DNA from: Camelus ferus | Lineage: Eukaryota | Direction: 5' to 3' | Length of the DNA: 64,000 nt | Assembly: GCF_009834535.1 (NCBI RefSeq) | Contig: NC_045696.1 | Coordinates: 48,858,001 to 48,922,000 of the forward strand | In this document: positions 1 to 11,925 of the stretch, piece by piece | Position numbering within the stretch: position 1 is the first letter of the stretch | How the letters are laid out: every line of letters starts with the position of its first letter | Notes under the pieces: generated by a model | Database searches by the model: none | The model's input: only the letters and a program-made list of their open reading frames with translations | Told to the model about the DNA's origin: nothing | Translations under genes and position numbers: made by a program

Positions 1-474
1 ACAGCACCCTCCTGACTCCTCTCCAAACTATATGCATGCAAGTAACCTCACCTGGTTAGTCTCTGCCCTGGGCACTGCATCCCTCCTTCAGATAACAGCA
101 GCTGCCTTTCCCTGCATTCTCTCCCAGTAGACTGGGGCACAAGCTTCATATTTTAGTCATTAGTTCAAAATTAATGGAGAAACAAGAAAAATCTGATAGG
201 GTGACAAACAGTTCTGTATCTGCAAAAGGAATATCAGAAAATGCTATAATTATGTCAGGGTTGTATTGAGATTAAATCTAAGGTAGGGCTCAGATTGGAT
301 TTATTTTTAGATTTACTTTTAAACCAAATCTCTTCTTGTGGCCATTTGTGGACTGTGTGCATGGTCCACTGAATGCCAGTATGAAATGAGATTATGTATC
401 TTCCATTAGCAGCAATTGTGTAGAGTGCTTGAATTTGGCTTTATTGTGTAATGGCAAATTACCCTCAATGACAG

Positions 475-627
475 AAAGCTGAAATCTATTTCCTGTCATG
501 GCTACTGATTATCTGCCAGTGTGGTCAAGTCCTTCGACTTTTTCTGCCTCAGTTTTTGGGCCTGTAATATAAATGAGCTGATGTAAAAAACGTTCCCTAG
601 AAAACAGCTGTCTTCAAAATTCTAAGC
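475..627 (+). mobile_element. MIR/MIR3-type SINE remnant
   Basis: Degenerate MIR core 'gtggtcaagtccttcgactttttctgcctcagtttttgggcctgtaatat'. Confidence 0.5.
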
Positions 628-2859
628 ATAATCACTTGTGATTGTTAACTAGGCAGTTTAGAAGCAAATGAAAAAAGTCTTTTGCAGAAGCAACACAAAT
701 TAGCTGTGATATGTCCAAGAAGAAATTTTGGTAGTATATCTTTTCTTTTCATTCTTCTTTTTACAATCCAAAAGATTGGATATATTTGAAAAGATTTCCT
801 TTCATTATACCAAGAATTCATGGGAACAGGACATCAGCATGAAAGAGACTGCCAAATCTTTGAAAAACCCACAAAGGACAAAACCTCAATACCTGCATCA
901 GTGTGGTTATGAGTATATTGTGTGGCAACCGACAGTGTCTGCCTCACTGCTAGTAGGTTTCTTTGTTTTATTCTTTCTGAGTAAAAGACTGCTATACTGA
1001 AATTTTCATTCATTGGTCATTTATGTATTTGTTTAATGCTCTGTGTCATTATTAGAAAAATGTACACAACTAAATAGGACAAAATAAAATTTAAATTAAA
1101 CAAGTGAGGAAATTAGGTAAAATTAAAGGGAAAATAAGGAAATACCAAGAACTAAATTATTGCATGAAGGACTTTTCTTGATCTTGTACATTTGCTAAAA
1201 ATGGGGCATCAGTTTGCCTCTGAGATTTCTAACGGCTACCCATTGGTCTGACTTTTAGTCCCTGAAGCTACACATAATAAATCAAGTCCCTTTTCCATAA
1301 GGAAGTCCCTCAGATGCCCAAAGAAGGTTCTGAGTCCTTTAGGCTAAATCAGAATGAATAATCTTACCCATTGCCCAGAAAACATTATTAATTTACTTCA
1401 CCTTTGTAAGACAATTCTAGTCTGTTCTATTGCTTCTGTGTTAAAGGACTCTAGGGCATTTGATTGCCTAACTTCATTCCATTTAACTTAAAAAAAAAAA
1501 ATAGAACACATTTTTTACATGGAATTGAGACATTTGTGGGTGAGCAGTGAAACTGACAATGTCAAGTCCATGATGGTACCAAAGTCTACCTTTAAAACTT
1601 TCTATGCCCACCTAGGCGAAGCCAGGACCTACTTTTACACTCCTTCCTAGTAACACACAATAACCTACATAGACTGAGCGTCATTTTACTACTAGGGATT
1701 TGAGTCATTATTGGTTTTCCTTCCTGGCCTGATAGAATTACATGAAAACCATTTAGACCTTTTTTTCCCCCAAATTTCTCGCTAAGGGGATTGTTGCAGG
1801 GACTGAATATTAGCATGATCTGGCTTTGATATCTGACACCCTACAACGTCAGCACTGTGGTTCAATCTGTTTGACTGTTAGGTGTGCTAAGCCTTTCCCT
1901 CCACTACTGTATGTATGTTCCTTCCAAAGTTTGGCATTTGGTGAAGAAAAAGGCACTGTCAGACAAGGACTCCTGTGTCTGAACTCCTGTGTTCAAACCT
2001 CCAGTGAACATCTCTGAGCATATTTAGCAAAAGAAACTATAAAATTTTCTAATCTATGGTTAGTAGGATCAGATTCTGCCTCAGCTTTAAAACTGCAAAT
2101 TTTCAAGATATATTCAAGTCCATCCACATCCCCACCTACCCACTGCCACTGTGGGCAGGAAGCAACCAGTGTCTCTGTCTCCAGTGAGCCCACAGAATAT
2201 CAGTCTGAGCCACATACCATCTGGCAGCCTTAATACGTTTAAATGTCCCTCAAATTAAAGTGGCAATTAGGCATCAGCCAGCTGTGATCTTCATCTAATT
2301 CATCACCACATTCTTCTCAGAGATCATTTGAGTCATCGTTCTGGAAAGATTCAAGATGAAGACCTCAGAGATCAGAAGTAAATATGCTCCCCACAGTCGT
2401 GTCTAGAGTAATTAGAGTTCAAAAGTCCCATGAGACAAAAATACAGGTACAGCTACATTGTGAACTAGCAACAAGCCCTCTAAGTGTCTTGTTATTAACA
2501 TAACAGCCGTAGCACCAAAGACTTCACAGTGGTGTCTCCTGGAATTTACTTTCACCTTCAGTATCTCAGAAATAAGTGGCTCAAAGTTATAAAGCCATTT
2601 TTGATAGGTAGCAAGTAAGGCAGTATTCAGTCGTCCTGGCAACAAGATGCAAGAGGAGCCCAGAATTCAAGCATTGCTCTTCTATACTGTTTTCGGCCCT
2701 AGTCCCCTGGCTTTCTTCTGCATCCAGGTACCAGAGCAATAAAACACCAGTTTTTCATACTGCCATGTAAACATAATGACTTGAGAGATAGCCACCGTAC
2801 CTCTGACCAAGAGAATATCAGATCTTTAATATTCATTCAAGATACTTTGAAAGATTCTA

Positions 2860-3680
2860 CAAGTGCAAAGACTGAAAAAGAATAAAATAAAGCAATCAGA
2901 ATTCCAGGAAGAGAAATATAACTATATAAGAAAGGCACGGTCCAAATGAAAGGCCAACTATAACACCACAGCATGAGTTTGAATGATGGTGAAATATATA
3001 CCAAAAAAATTGTTTAAAAGCTTGAACTTCATACCAGGACTAGAATATTTTGTGAGTCACAGGGTTTGTGACATTGGAACTACAGAAAATGATTTGTTAT
3101 CACGGTAAACTAATTGGATATATAGTGAACAAAACTTATATCTCATAATGATGTGAGCACTTTTTTTTAACTTTTCAGATCAATCTATAGACAAGTCATA
3201 GAAGTTACCAAACTTGACTGTACATAGTTCATTATAAGTTTCCAGGTAGATGTGATGAGAATAGGCAAATATATATATATATATGTCCTCTTCTTCATAT
3301 TCTGTATGACTGACAGAATAGGAAATAAATATTTAGATTATATGAATAGAAGTTGATGTGAAGAATGGAAAATAGCAAAAAAAAAAAATATGTTAGCAAT
3401 AAATAAGATACAGAAATGGGTGAATGAGAAATTTTGCATCTCATATAGTAGGAGCAATTTTTAAATAATTTCTAGAGTTGGTGTGTTGAGCAGCATTTAC
3501 AGTAGCATGGTTAACAGAGTCATAGAGGCATCACCAGATGAGCTAAGTAGGGAAATGGGAAGAAGCAGTTGTTTCTGAGGAGTGGAGCTGGGAATGCAAA
3601 GGATGGAGTAGGGGACTGCTGCTTTTCCAGTATAAGATGTTCTCTATTATTTGCATTTAAACAGCCATGTAACTAGATAG
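2860..3680 (+). mobile_element. Highly diverged old LINE fragments (L1ME/HAL1-like)
   Basis: A-rich plus strand; 'gcagttgtttctgaggagtggagctggg...ggggactgctgctttt' resembles old L1ME/HAL1 3' ends. Confidence 0.4.
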
Positions 3681-4194
3681 TTTCAAAGCTACCCTTGCCT
3701 ATTTACCCTGTATATTCAACAGAAATCCAGATAGACAACTACCACCTGATTAGAAACTGACGGAGGGCCTGAGACTTCTTCGTGAGAGCCCAAGGAGGTG
3801 TCATAACGTTTACTTTAAGTGCATGGCTAGGTGCATAGAAATCAACACAAGAATGAAGAGAAGAAAAATACAAATTTCTTAGATTTTTGTTTTTAATACA
3901 GAGTCAATTTTAATCTGAAGTTAGAAATGCCACTGCATTTAATATAAAACTTTCAAAAGCTACAGATCAATCTGTGCTTCTAACCACCCCCACACAGCCT
4001 CTTTGCAATGAAATGTGACTCTTCTATGCTAGAACCCTGAGGAAGAAATGTGTTTAAGAACATAAGGATAGGGATGGTATCACCATTTCTTTGCCTGTGT
4101 AGCACAGGAACTCCTAAAGGATCAGATTTTTTTTTTTTTTTCTATTCATTTTTCTTAATTTTAAGTAGAGGAGGTTGGAAAAAGCAGTTGTTTC

Positions 4195-4690
4195 TCTCAA
4201 AATTAAGTAACTTCTTGTAAGGTCACATGGTCAATGGAGAATGCAGTCCTCAAATACAAGTAATTTGACTCAAATTCAGTGTTTGATTTGCTAGACCCAG
4301 ACTCACAATAATAGCAGCCATCCCTTATTGAACACTAATTATATGCTAAGTTCTGTCTATGGCTCAATTATTCCTCATACTGTACTATTATCATACCCAT
4401 TTTATCAGTAATAAAACTGAGGAACAAAGAAATTAATTTATGCTCATAGGCTTGGAGCAAGTGACAAATCCAGGATTTGAACCCAGAGATCACTTGCATA
4501 ATATAGGCTTAGATTTGCAGAGATGCGTGAAATCATGTAGCCTAACTTCTTCATTTTATAATAGAGAAAAGCCTGGATCACAGAAGAAAAGTAACTTGTC
4601 CAAAATTACACAGCTGGTTAGTGACAGAGCCAAGACTAGAACCCACATATTCTGGCTCTTAGTCTAATACTTTTTCAACCACAGAAGGTC
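4195..4690 (-). mobile_element. Cluster of about three MIR SINE remnants
   Basis: Repeated antisense MIR cores, e.g. 'cccattttatcagtaataaaactgagg', 'aagtaacttgtccaaaattacacagctggttagtgacagagccaagactagaaccca'. Confidence 0.75.
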
Positions 4691-7061
4691 AGAAAATGTT
4701 AAACTTTTTGAGACTTTGCAGCCCATCTGGGTTTTTGAAGTGCCAATATTGTAAGTCTCAATACTAAGTTAATTTATAATTTGAAGATGTTGAAAACCAC
4801 CACAACTTTCACATTTGGCAGAGCCATGAGATGACATGGAAAATCACTGCACCAAATGGTACCACAACCTTCCATATCCAATAGCACCACACAAAAAACC
4901 CATTTTCCCTGTTTGGTAGGGACACCTCAAAAAAAAAAATCAGATTATTTTTTCAGATAACTTCAGTTTTGAAGAATTTGCTAATGGTTGAAACTGAAAG
5001 TAAGACATACATAGGGAAATTCAGATATAGGAAAATTAAAATACAAGGTCAAGAATTCAAGTCAGGCCAGTTTCTGTTGATGCTCTTAAACTGATGGTTA
5101 ATTCAACAGCACAGCTCTACTTGTGACTTTATTTACTGAAGTACATTACCACATCAATTAAAAATTTCGTAGTGAAGGTTTCCATATTTTTACATAAGAA
5201 TCTGAAACATCAGAAACAACAAACGCAAGGGAATCACAATGAATTACTCTTTCAAAAAACATTCTCAAATGACTCTATTTGCAATATTAACCACTGCAGT
5301 GCCCATTTAAACTTTCACTGTAAGAAAAGATTTGTGAAAAGAAAGTTTGCAGTTAATTTAGCAGTGACATTAAAGTAATATCCTAGAAAAACTATTTCTT
5401 GATTTAAAAAAAAGGAGAATGCAATGGCATTAAAAAGATTTCATGCAATTGTGTCTCTATTCTGGGAACTTGACAAATGGATTGGGAGTTGGGGGAGTAG
5501 CCAGGGAAGTGCATAAAGATATCTGAGCCAACAAGCATTTGCAGTCAAACCTTTTCCTTTGAAAATCTCGGCTAGACTTTGGATTATGCACTAAACATTT
5601 ACAGCTCTTGGATGTCCATGTGTCTGCTGTAGATTGCTTGAAGGAAAGAAAGAAAAAGAAAAAGAAATTGACAAGGTTGGATATGCCTCCCAGAATGCAA
5701 AGCAAAAGTATTTCCAGACCTGACTCAAATACAGCCTCATGGAACATGAAATATCAGATGGTGGCAAGTCACCTTCTTAAAAAGTCTAGATACACCTAAT
5801 ACTTCCAAACACACTGGTCCTTAAAACAATGTTTTCTATTCTTTATTATAGCATCTTATACTCTTATCTTGTCTAATCAAAACCGTGTTTGAGATGCCTG
5901 ACTATGTGGAAGACTTAATAAATCGCCTTAAGTTGGCTTAGGCAGTAAGTCAACAAAAGGAGCCATTTATTGCTTCCTACTCTGGCCTCCGATATTGTGA
6001 ATGTTGACATTTTCATAGTAGAATGCCCTGTGAAGTTCTTCCCTTCAGCTTAGGGAAAAAAAAAAATCTGGTCCTATTCCAACTGTATTCTTCCAAATAA
6101 AGTAATAATTATTAAAAGCAGGCAGTGGAAACTGATTGGTTCACCAGCTGAATTAGGGACTAATGTCTCCAGTTCACCACTGGTTTCATCAAGTCCAATC
6201 CACACTTTTATGCTGCCTGCCTGGTGCTTATAGACATTTTAATTGTTAATTCTTGCTACAGCAATGCATGGACTTCCTTCTTCCAGGTCTACACTTCAAA
6301 GCTCTTAATACATGTAGTTACTAAACTAAAGGTCTTTTTAAAGTTGGGAAGGATAGCGAAGGAGAGAAAAATCTCACACCTCTAAACTTATGTTCCTTAT
6401 CTCTTCATCCACATTCCTTATGTCCCAAAATATCCAGATCCCAGGATCCTTGATTTTGGCCTTCATAGGAAGCCTTTCTTGACTCATGAATTTCATATAA
6501 AACATAATGAACCACTGTTCTAATCTCTAAGCAAACTAAACCTCTGGTTTCCCAAATCTATTCAAATTGATAAATTAAAAAACATGATGTTAATATATCA
6601 ATGTGGTCCTCATTCAGATAACTTAATTGAAGTAGAGCAGGGAACTTTTAAAAACATACATCATTATCTCAAAGGACTTCCAGAATTTCAGAAACTGCAA
6701 GAGATCAGAAGGAAATATTTTGTCAGAAAGTCTACCATTGGCCAGCCCTGCTAATGTGCAAAAAATGCCAGAAGAATGCTCCCCAATAATTACTTTCTGC
6801 TAATGATGGGAGACCAGATCAAATGCTTTGTTCATAATGAACAAAGCAGAAACTGTCTCAGCATAATTTCATAAAAAAACTTTCAACTACAATAACAGCT
6901 ACCAAATGACCTGTTTCTAGCCTATATTTGGTGACAAGATCTCATGCATTTGCAGCAGATGGATGCTCCCTGCAATGGTATCAGTGTTTTTAGCAAGGAA
7001 GAGACAACATAGACAAACACCAAATTTGAGAGGCATAGCTCCTTCATGCCAAAAGAGGAGG

Positions 7062-7112
<51 letters not shown>
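7062..7112. repeat. Poly-A followed by (TA)n microsatellite
   Basis: Directly visible A-run then about 16 TA units. Confidence 0.95.
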
Positions 7113-7115
<3 letters not shown>

Positions 7116-8329
7116 AGGTAGATCTTATTAGAGAGGCCACACATTTCTTTGAATAAACAATTAACCAGTGAGGGAAGTGTTTACTCACAGTAGAAGAATC
7201 AAGTCTTTGTATTATGTTTCAATTTGTTTAGTATTTTTCAAATATTCCACCTTCAAAAACACAATTTGAATCTCTACTATGTATGTGACTATATTGGGCT
7301 AGAGGTCCTTTTCCTGGGGGAAAACCTACAGTCTCCCTGGGGGAACAAGGTTATATTTGAAAACAGATTATCCTGTAACCAAGTGCTGATTTCACACAGC
7401 TAGGTTTGACTGAGGTTCAAAGAAGAGACAAACTAACGTGGCCTGGGGCATTCATCTACACTGAAAGTCGGGAGCAGGCAGGTCAATGCATGTATAAGAG
7501 AGTGCTCAACAACTAAAGGAAGCCTTGAACCCACAACTCATGACTCGCTTTTACCCAGATCCCTACTTCTACCCCCGGGGACTTCCACTCCAACCAGGGG
7601 TTCTGGATTCTATTTCCCCTGGTCTCTGCTTCTCCATTTACTGTTTTCTTCCTTGACGCAGGCTCCAGACCTAGATGTTCACGGTTTGCCACAAACTGTA
7701 GTAAAACTAACAGGAAGTAACTTTTATGTTAGTCCCTGTACATGCATTGCAATGCAATCATCCTGTGCCATATTCAGTTTTATAGTTGTTGACACATTCA
7801 TACATATAGCTGCACATAAAGTCAAGGTAATACATATAGCCGGAAAGTGCTGCCTCAAATTTGAACCCACATCTCAGTTACAAATGGTGTATTCTTTCTA
7901 CTCCGTCATGACACCATCCTGTCATTGCAGAAGATATTATTTCATTGCTTCTCCAAATTCTCACTCTAAAGTGTCCTTAATGTAGAACAAAGTAGGCACT
8001 ATGCAAAGAAGACAAGGACTAGAGAAGTGATGTCAAGTTTTATCTTAAAAAGTCGCAGAAATTTTGTCTCCTAATGCTTCCCATTTGTTTCCTATTCCTG
8101 TTATGGAATATATTCCATAATATATTCATATTTGTTTTATTATACAAATAATTTTATGTCTTTAGGTAAATGGACATCCTAGAGCATGTGATGTGTTCAC
8201 ACTGTGGTTTTGCATAACTTCTAGGGATCCCTTTAGGAATACAGAGATCCCAATTTAAGAATTATGACCAGTGTTGAGATGTGAAAATGGGGAAAAAAAT
8301 AACTCAAGGTGAAGAGAGAACACTTTTTC

Positions 8330-9445
8330 AGTATGACTTTTCATAAGCTAGAAACAACTATCTTTACATAAACTCTTCTATAGTTTGAAAAAGTGGAAAC
8401 GCTTCCTAACTCTTTAATGGGCAAGCATAACTTAGATTCTAAAATCCGCCAAAGACATTAAAGAAAAATCTAAATGAGCTAATTGAATCAGTAAACTCCA
8501 GGAACCCAAGGATAGCTCTCTGATGGAACTTAGTCCCAGGTACAACCATTAGAAGCAACTGTACCTAGAAGCCAGGGAAGAAATGCACAGGAAAAAAACC
8601 AAGATCCAGGGGCTCTTGGCAGAGCACCAACAGTGTTCCTACAGGTACTCCACCAAAGAAAATATCCAAGTGGCCATTTTGCATGTGAAAATTTTCTCAG
8701 CCTCATTAGGGAAATACAACTTAAAACCCAGTGAGGTATCAGTTCACACCAACTCGAATGACTAAAATTAAGTAGATTAATAATACCAAGGGTCAGCCAG
8801 AATGAGGTGGACTGTGGTGAACACACACGCTGCTGCTGGGAGTGTAAATTGGGGAAGCTGGTGATACCTATGAATGCTGAACCTAGGCGTACTCTTTGAT
8901 CTTGTCATTGCACTCCTGGGTATATGTCCCAAAGCAATTCATAAGTATGTTTACCAAAAGCAGCACCTGAGTGCTCCTCAGTGCTGTTCATAGTAATACC
9001 AAACTGCGCAACATCACAAATGTCCATCCAAAGTAGAATAGATAAACAGATGGCATATCTGCATAAGGAATATTACACCGTAATAAAACTAAATGAACTG
9101 CTGCCATACACAACCCCATGCATGAACTTCACACACATAATACTGATCAAAATAAGACAGTCAAAAATGAGTGCATATTGTATGATTCTACTTATGTAAA
9201 GTTCAAAAATATGCAAACCTAATTGTGGGATTAGAATTAGTGAAACCTTTTGAGAGATTTCCTTTGGAGAGGGGTGAGTAGTGGCTGGGGGTGACCAAGA
9301 GGAATTTCTGCTGTAATAGCAATGCTGCATTTCCTGATAAGAGTAGTGGTTTAATTGATATGCTCTTTTTTAATATATTAAGATGTATAGTTATGGTTTA
9401 TGCACATTTCCATATATGTTATACTTTAAATTTACTTAAAATGTA
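8330..9445 (+). mobile_element. Old L1M (L1MC/ME-like) ORF2 3' part and 3'UTR
   Basis: Degenerate L1 3' motifs: 'aagaaaatatccaagtggcc', 'gctgctgggagtgtaaattgg', 'cactcctgggtatatgtcccaaag', 'tgtatgattctacttatgtaaagttcaaaa'. Confidence 0.85.
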
Positions 9446-10084
9446 AACTTTGCAGAAAACTTCATTAAAAGGAAACAAAGCATGGCATGTTCTAACATTC
9501 ATATGATTGACTCATGAAAACTTTAAATTACTAATTTACCAATAAAATTGTTGATTGATTAAATATATATAGTGTAAACAGGAAGAGAGGCTTTTGCACA
9601 GACAAATGTGAAATTTGATATTTCTGAACATTAAACTTGGCTCTGAGTGTCATGACTGCCAAGAGAGAAATGGAAAGATGATGGTTTATATATTCACATT
9701 TTTTTGGAAAAATGCTCACAGAGCATACCAATTCATCAGAAAAAAATGATGGCATTAATTTTGGAAAAAATTTATCATGTTCATTAATGAATCTTGAACA
9801 TGGGGTATTCCAAAGCTTCAAGAGCAAGATCCATTGCTTTATCACAATTAGAAATTTTCAACGTTACTGATGTCATATGAGATAAAGGATTTGGGAATAT
9901 TTTTATGAAAATGAGCTTGAACTTGGTAACTATCAATATTCAGAAAGCAATCACTTTTTCTTGAGTCTCACCATACCTCAAGCATACTATCCAAAATCAT
10001 GGCAAATACACTTTTGTTTTCTTTGGGCATTTAATTTAGTTGGGTATAATAGGAATACATTTTAAAATAAAAATAGATGTTACC

Positions 10085-10322
10085 CGTGTTATGGCCATAT
10101 TAATGCTTTTAGCAAACAACCACTAAATCTCAGCAGCATGGAGTGTACACACTTAGTTAACTCACAAGTCTGCAGGCCAGATGGACACTGGATGATCTGA
10201 GATAACTTTGAGGGGACGTCTGCTAACTAGCATTCAAAGATGACCCTCCCATGAATTCCGGCTCCTGATACTCTCGCCCTTGTAGAAACCATCCCTTTGC
10301 ATCTGGAATAAGCCTAAAACTC
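10085..10322. mobile_element. MLT1 (ERVL-MaLR) LTR fragments
   Basis: 'aacaaccactaaatctcagcagc...ctcacaagtctgcagg' and 'aaagatgaccctcccatgaattccggctcctgatactctcgcccttgt' match MLT1 termini. Confidence 0.55.
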
Positions 10323-10324
10323 AT

Positions 10325-11160
10325 TTTTTAAATCTTTATCAAATTTTCTAGATTCATGAGGACTTGCAAAGAAATGTGCAGGGAAATCCCATACATCCCT
10401 CTCCAACCTACCTCAATGTTATTGTCTTGTACAAGTGTATGAAAACCAAAGAAATTAACTTTTGTGCAGTCCATAGACTTTGTCTCTTTTTCACCGATTG
10501 CACACGCACTGTGCGTGTGTGCGTATGTTTGTGTGTCTATATAGCTCTATAAATTTTATCATGTGTAGCCTTACATACCCACCACCACTATCAAGATACT
10601 CAACCGCAGCACTGCACAACTCCTGCAGGTTGCTTCCTCATAGATCTACCCGTCCCCTTTTCCTCTAGTTCCCAACCACTGTAAACTTCACGTCTGCTCT
10701 CCATCTCTGTAACTACGGTACTTGACAAATAAAATGTAGTGTCATTTAACCTTTTGAAATTAGCTTTTTCCACTCAGAATTTTCTTGACGTCTACCCAAG
10801 TTATTATGTGTATGAATAATTTGTTCCTTTCTCTTACTGAATCATATCCCACGATTTGGATGTGCTAGTATGTTTAACCACTGACCCACTGAAGGACATT
10901 GGGTACTTTTCAGTTTCAGTTATTATGAATAAGTGGCCAGGAACACTTGTGTAGAAGTTTTTGCATAAAAAGAAGGCTTCATTTCTCTCGGGTAAATGTC
11001 TGCAGATACGATTGCTAGGTCTATGGTGAGTCCATTTTAGTTGTGAAAGAAATCACCAAACTATTTTCTAGAGAGACTGTACCATTCTACCTTCTGTATA
11101 TTCTCTTTGGAAAAGTGTCCGTGCATGTTTTTTCTCCACTTTTCAACTGCAATTTTTTTC
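10325..11160 (-). mobile_element. Old L1M 3' end (antisense)
   Basis: Antisense L1 motifs 'tttaaccactgacccactgaaggacattggg', 'ttgtgaaagaaatcaccaaactattttctagagagactgtaccattcta'. Confidence 0.85.
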
Positions 11161-11328
11161 TGCATTCTACTCCTCCTCAACTCTTTCCCTAGTGTAACTC
11201 TCACCCTGAATTTCTATAATAATCATTCCAAGTGATTCTGATATATACTAACATTTAAAAATTAGAGCCCAAGGAAAAGAAATAGGGAAGGAGAATGAGG
11301 AGACAGCCAAATGATCTGCTCTGATCAT

Positions 11329-11925
11329 TTAGAGGATGTCATCACTAAAGGATGAAGGAAAAGGAGATGAAAAGATGGGAAAGGTTCTTGTGGGGAAATG
11401 AAAATCCCCAAAGATGAAAATGTGATTCACTGCATTGTTACTCAGCCAACTGTGCTGCTACTGAAAATCACCTTTCAGAAGCTGCTTCTCCAGAGTGTGC
11501 TCTTGGGGGACCCAGCAGAGTGGGGCTATGACTTTGCTGAAGGCATGAACCTGGGCCAAGGCATCTTTCCAGGTCTCTTCCATCTCTATGGCTATGGCAG
11601 CTGTGGGGAAGTGGGGCTGAGGGTGTACTGAGCCAGAGCTGATGGTGAGAACTGGTAGCTGACAAAACTGGCACTTTGCCCTTAAAGCCACTGCACACTT
11701 TGGTGACTCTGCTGCTTCAGCTGAAAACACTGACATGCCCAACTGTGAAAGCATTGACGAGAAAGGAAGGGGCAACACTCTGAGGTCTCCTTCAAGTGTC
11801 ACAGGGAAGAGAGCGGAACTCTGGACTGCAGGAAGCTGAGGGAGCAAACTGCTGCTCTGGTCTTGAACAATCATTAACCAAGAGAGCCCAGTGCACACCC
11901 GAACCCTGAATGGCCAACTTGGTTT
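11329..11925 (-). other. Possible ancient L2/CR1-clade APE-endonuclease remnant, in frame with one internal stop
   Basis: The frame of ORF 11458..11898 continues past TAG to 'NHIFIFGDFHFP', resembling APE motif IILGDFN. Upstream segments are loosely colinear with L2 endonuclease. By-eye alignment only. Confidence 0.4.

Noticed and set aside
1368..1486. Possible minus-strand exon (poly-T, AAG acceptor, G|gtaaga donor)
   Set aside because: 119 nt, all three frames contain stops, the AAG acceptor is weak, and the tract is just an A-run on the other strand.
7662..7985. Strong + strand acceptor before ORF 7653..7985
   Set aside because: No good donor and no recognisable peptide; the ORF starts at a non-ATG codon.
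11398..11631. 77-aa ATG ORF on the + strand
   Set aside because: No recognisable domain; it is antisense to the better-motivated minus-strand frame.
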